From Chiloscyllium plagiosum (taxonomy: Eukaryota): DNA of 36,418 nucleotides. A program made the translations under genes and the position numbers. Positions 35,542 to 36,418 of the stretch are shown in pieces. Each line of letters opens with the position of its first letter. Position 1 is the stretch's first letter. The stretch spans positions 4,615,167 through 4,651,584 of the forward strand of contig NC_057750.1 in the NCBI RefSeq assembly GCF_004010195.1, written 5' to 3'. A model generated the notes under the pieces. It made no database searches, was not told the DNA's origin, and was given only the letters and a program-made list of their open reading frames with translations.

Positions 35542-35789
35542 CTAAAGAAGGTGCCCAACCTGGGACACTACCACCTCGGTGTCAGGGACAGGCTGTGCTG
35601 AACTTTCTCCAAATCAGGGGCTAGCGTTCTGCTCCACTTTGCACAAAGACATTTCGCTGAGATGTCAGCCGTGGCTCAGGGAGCTACACTCTCACCCCAG
35701 AGTCAGGTAGGTTGCAGGCTCCAGTCTCACCACAGAGAAGGGGGCACAAAGTCCAGGATGCCCCTTCCAGTGCAGTATCAAGTGAGGGA

Positions 35790-35859
35790 TTAGATTAGAT
35801 TAGATTACATTACAGTGTGGAAACAGGCCCTTCGGCCCAACAAGTCCATACCGACCCGC
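35790..35859 (-). mobile_element. HE1/HER1-type 3' tail only
   Basis: (TTAGA)3...ACAGTGTGGAAACAGGCCCTTCGGCCCAACAAGTCC, flanked by a 65-bp direct repeat. Confidence 0.85.
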
Positions 35860-36129
35860 TCTCACCACAGAGAAGGGGGCACAAAGTCCAGGATGCCCCT
35901 TCCAGTGCAGTACCAAGTGAGGGAGTGCTGCACTGTCACAGCCATCCCCTGCGCCCCCGCCTCATGGGAGTGCAGGAAAAGCAACAGAACTCCCACAGCA
36001 TCCTGGCTGGTATTTAACCCTTCACAACAACACAGCAGATACAAGAGCAGCTCAGAGGCTGGGAATCCTGCAGCGAGTAGCTCTCCTCCCGTCTCTCCAA
36101 AGCCGGTCCATCAGGTCCCAGTCAGGAAT

Positions 36130-36418
36130 GGAGAAAGTGAGGACTGCAGATGCTGGAGATCAGAGCTGAAAAATGTGTTGCTGGAAAAGTGCAGCAGGTC
36201 AGGCAGCATCCAAGGAGCAGGAGAATCGACATTTCGGGCATGAGCCCTTCTTCAGGAATGAGGAGGGTGTGCCAAGCAGGCTAAGATAAAAGGTAGGGAG
36301 GAGGGACTTGGGGGAGGGGCGTTGGGAATACGATAGGTGGAAGGAGGTTAAGGTGAGGGTGATAGGCCGGAGAGGTCGGGAAGAAGATTGCAGGTCAAGA
36401 AGGTGGTGCTGAGTCAGA
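36130..36418 (-). mobile_element. Penelope pLTR running off the window
   Basis: Reverse complement of the pLTR seen at 16450-16690. Confidence 0.85.
36225..36259 (-). ncRNA. Minimal hammerhead motif, sense to COQ8B pre-mRNA
   Basis: ATTC-CTGAAGA-A-GGGC-TCAT-GCCC-GAAA-TGTC-GAT. Confidence 0.5.

Overview
Repeat-dense vertebrate genomic DNA, most likely a shark (inferred from HE1-type SINEs and their CR1/HER1-type LINEs), with four assembly gaps (7835-7999, 11897-12396, 15537-15939, 33655-34249). The only confidently identified protein-coding sequence is the last five coding exons of COQ8B/ADCK4 on the minus strand (35035-28773), with a GC-AG final intron. A candidate coding exon of a second minus-strand gene lies at 1742-1862. 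The rest is mostly nested CR1 fragments, several SINE families, minisatellites and many Penelope-derived insertions with inverted ends, 10-15 bp target-site duplications (TSDs) and minimal hammerhead-ribozyme motifs. Most notable: a U6 snRNA copy lacking the ACAGAGA box, fused to an HE1 SINE inside a Penelope palindrome in the last COQ8B intron; two adjacent tRNA pseudogenes (Ile-AAT, Thr-AGT); and a 65-bp duplication around a 70-bp SINE tail. No CRISPR or prokaryotic system is present. Family names come from recalled consensus sequences, not database searches.
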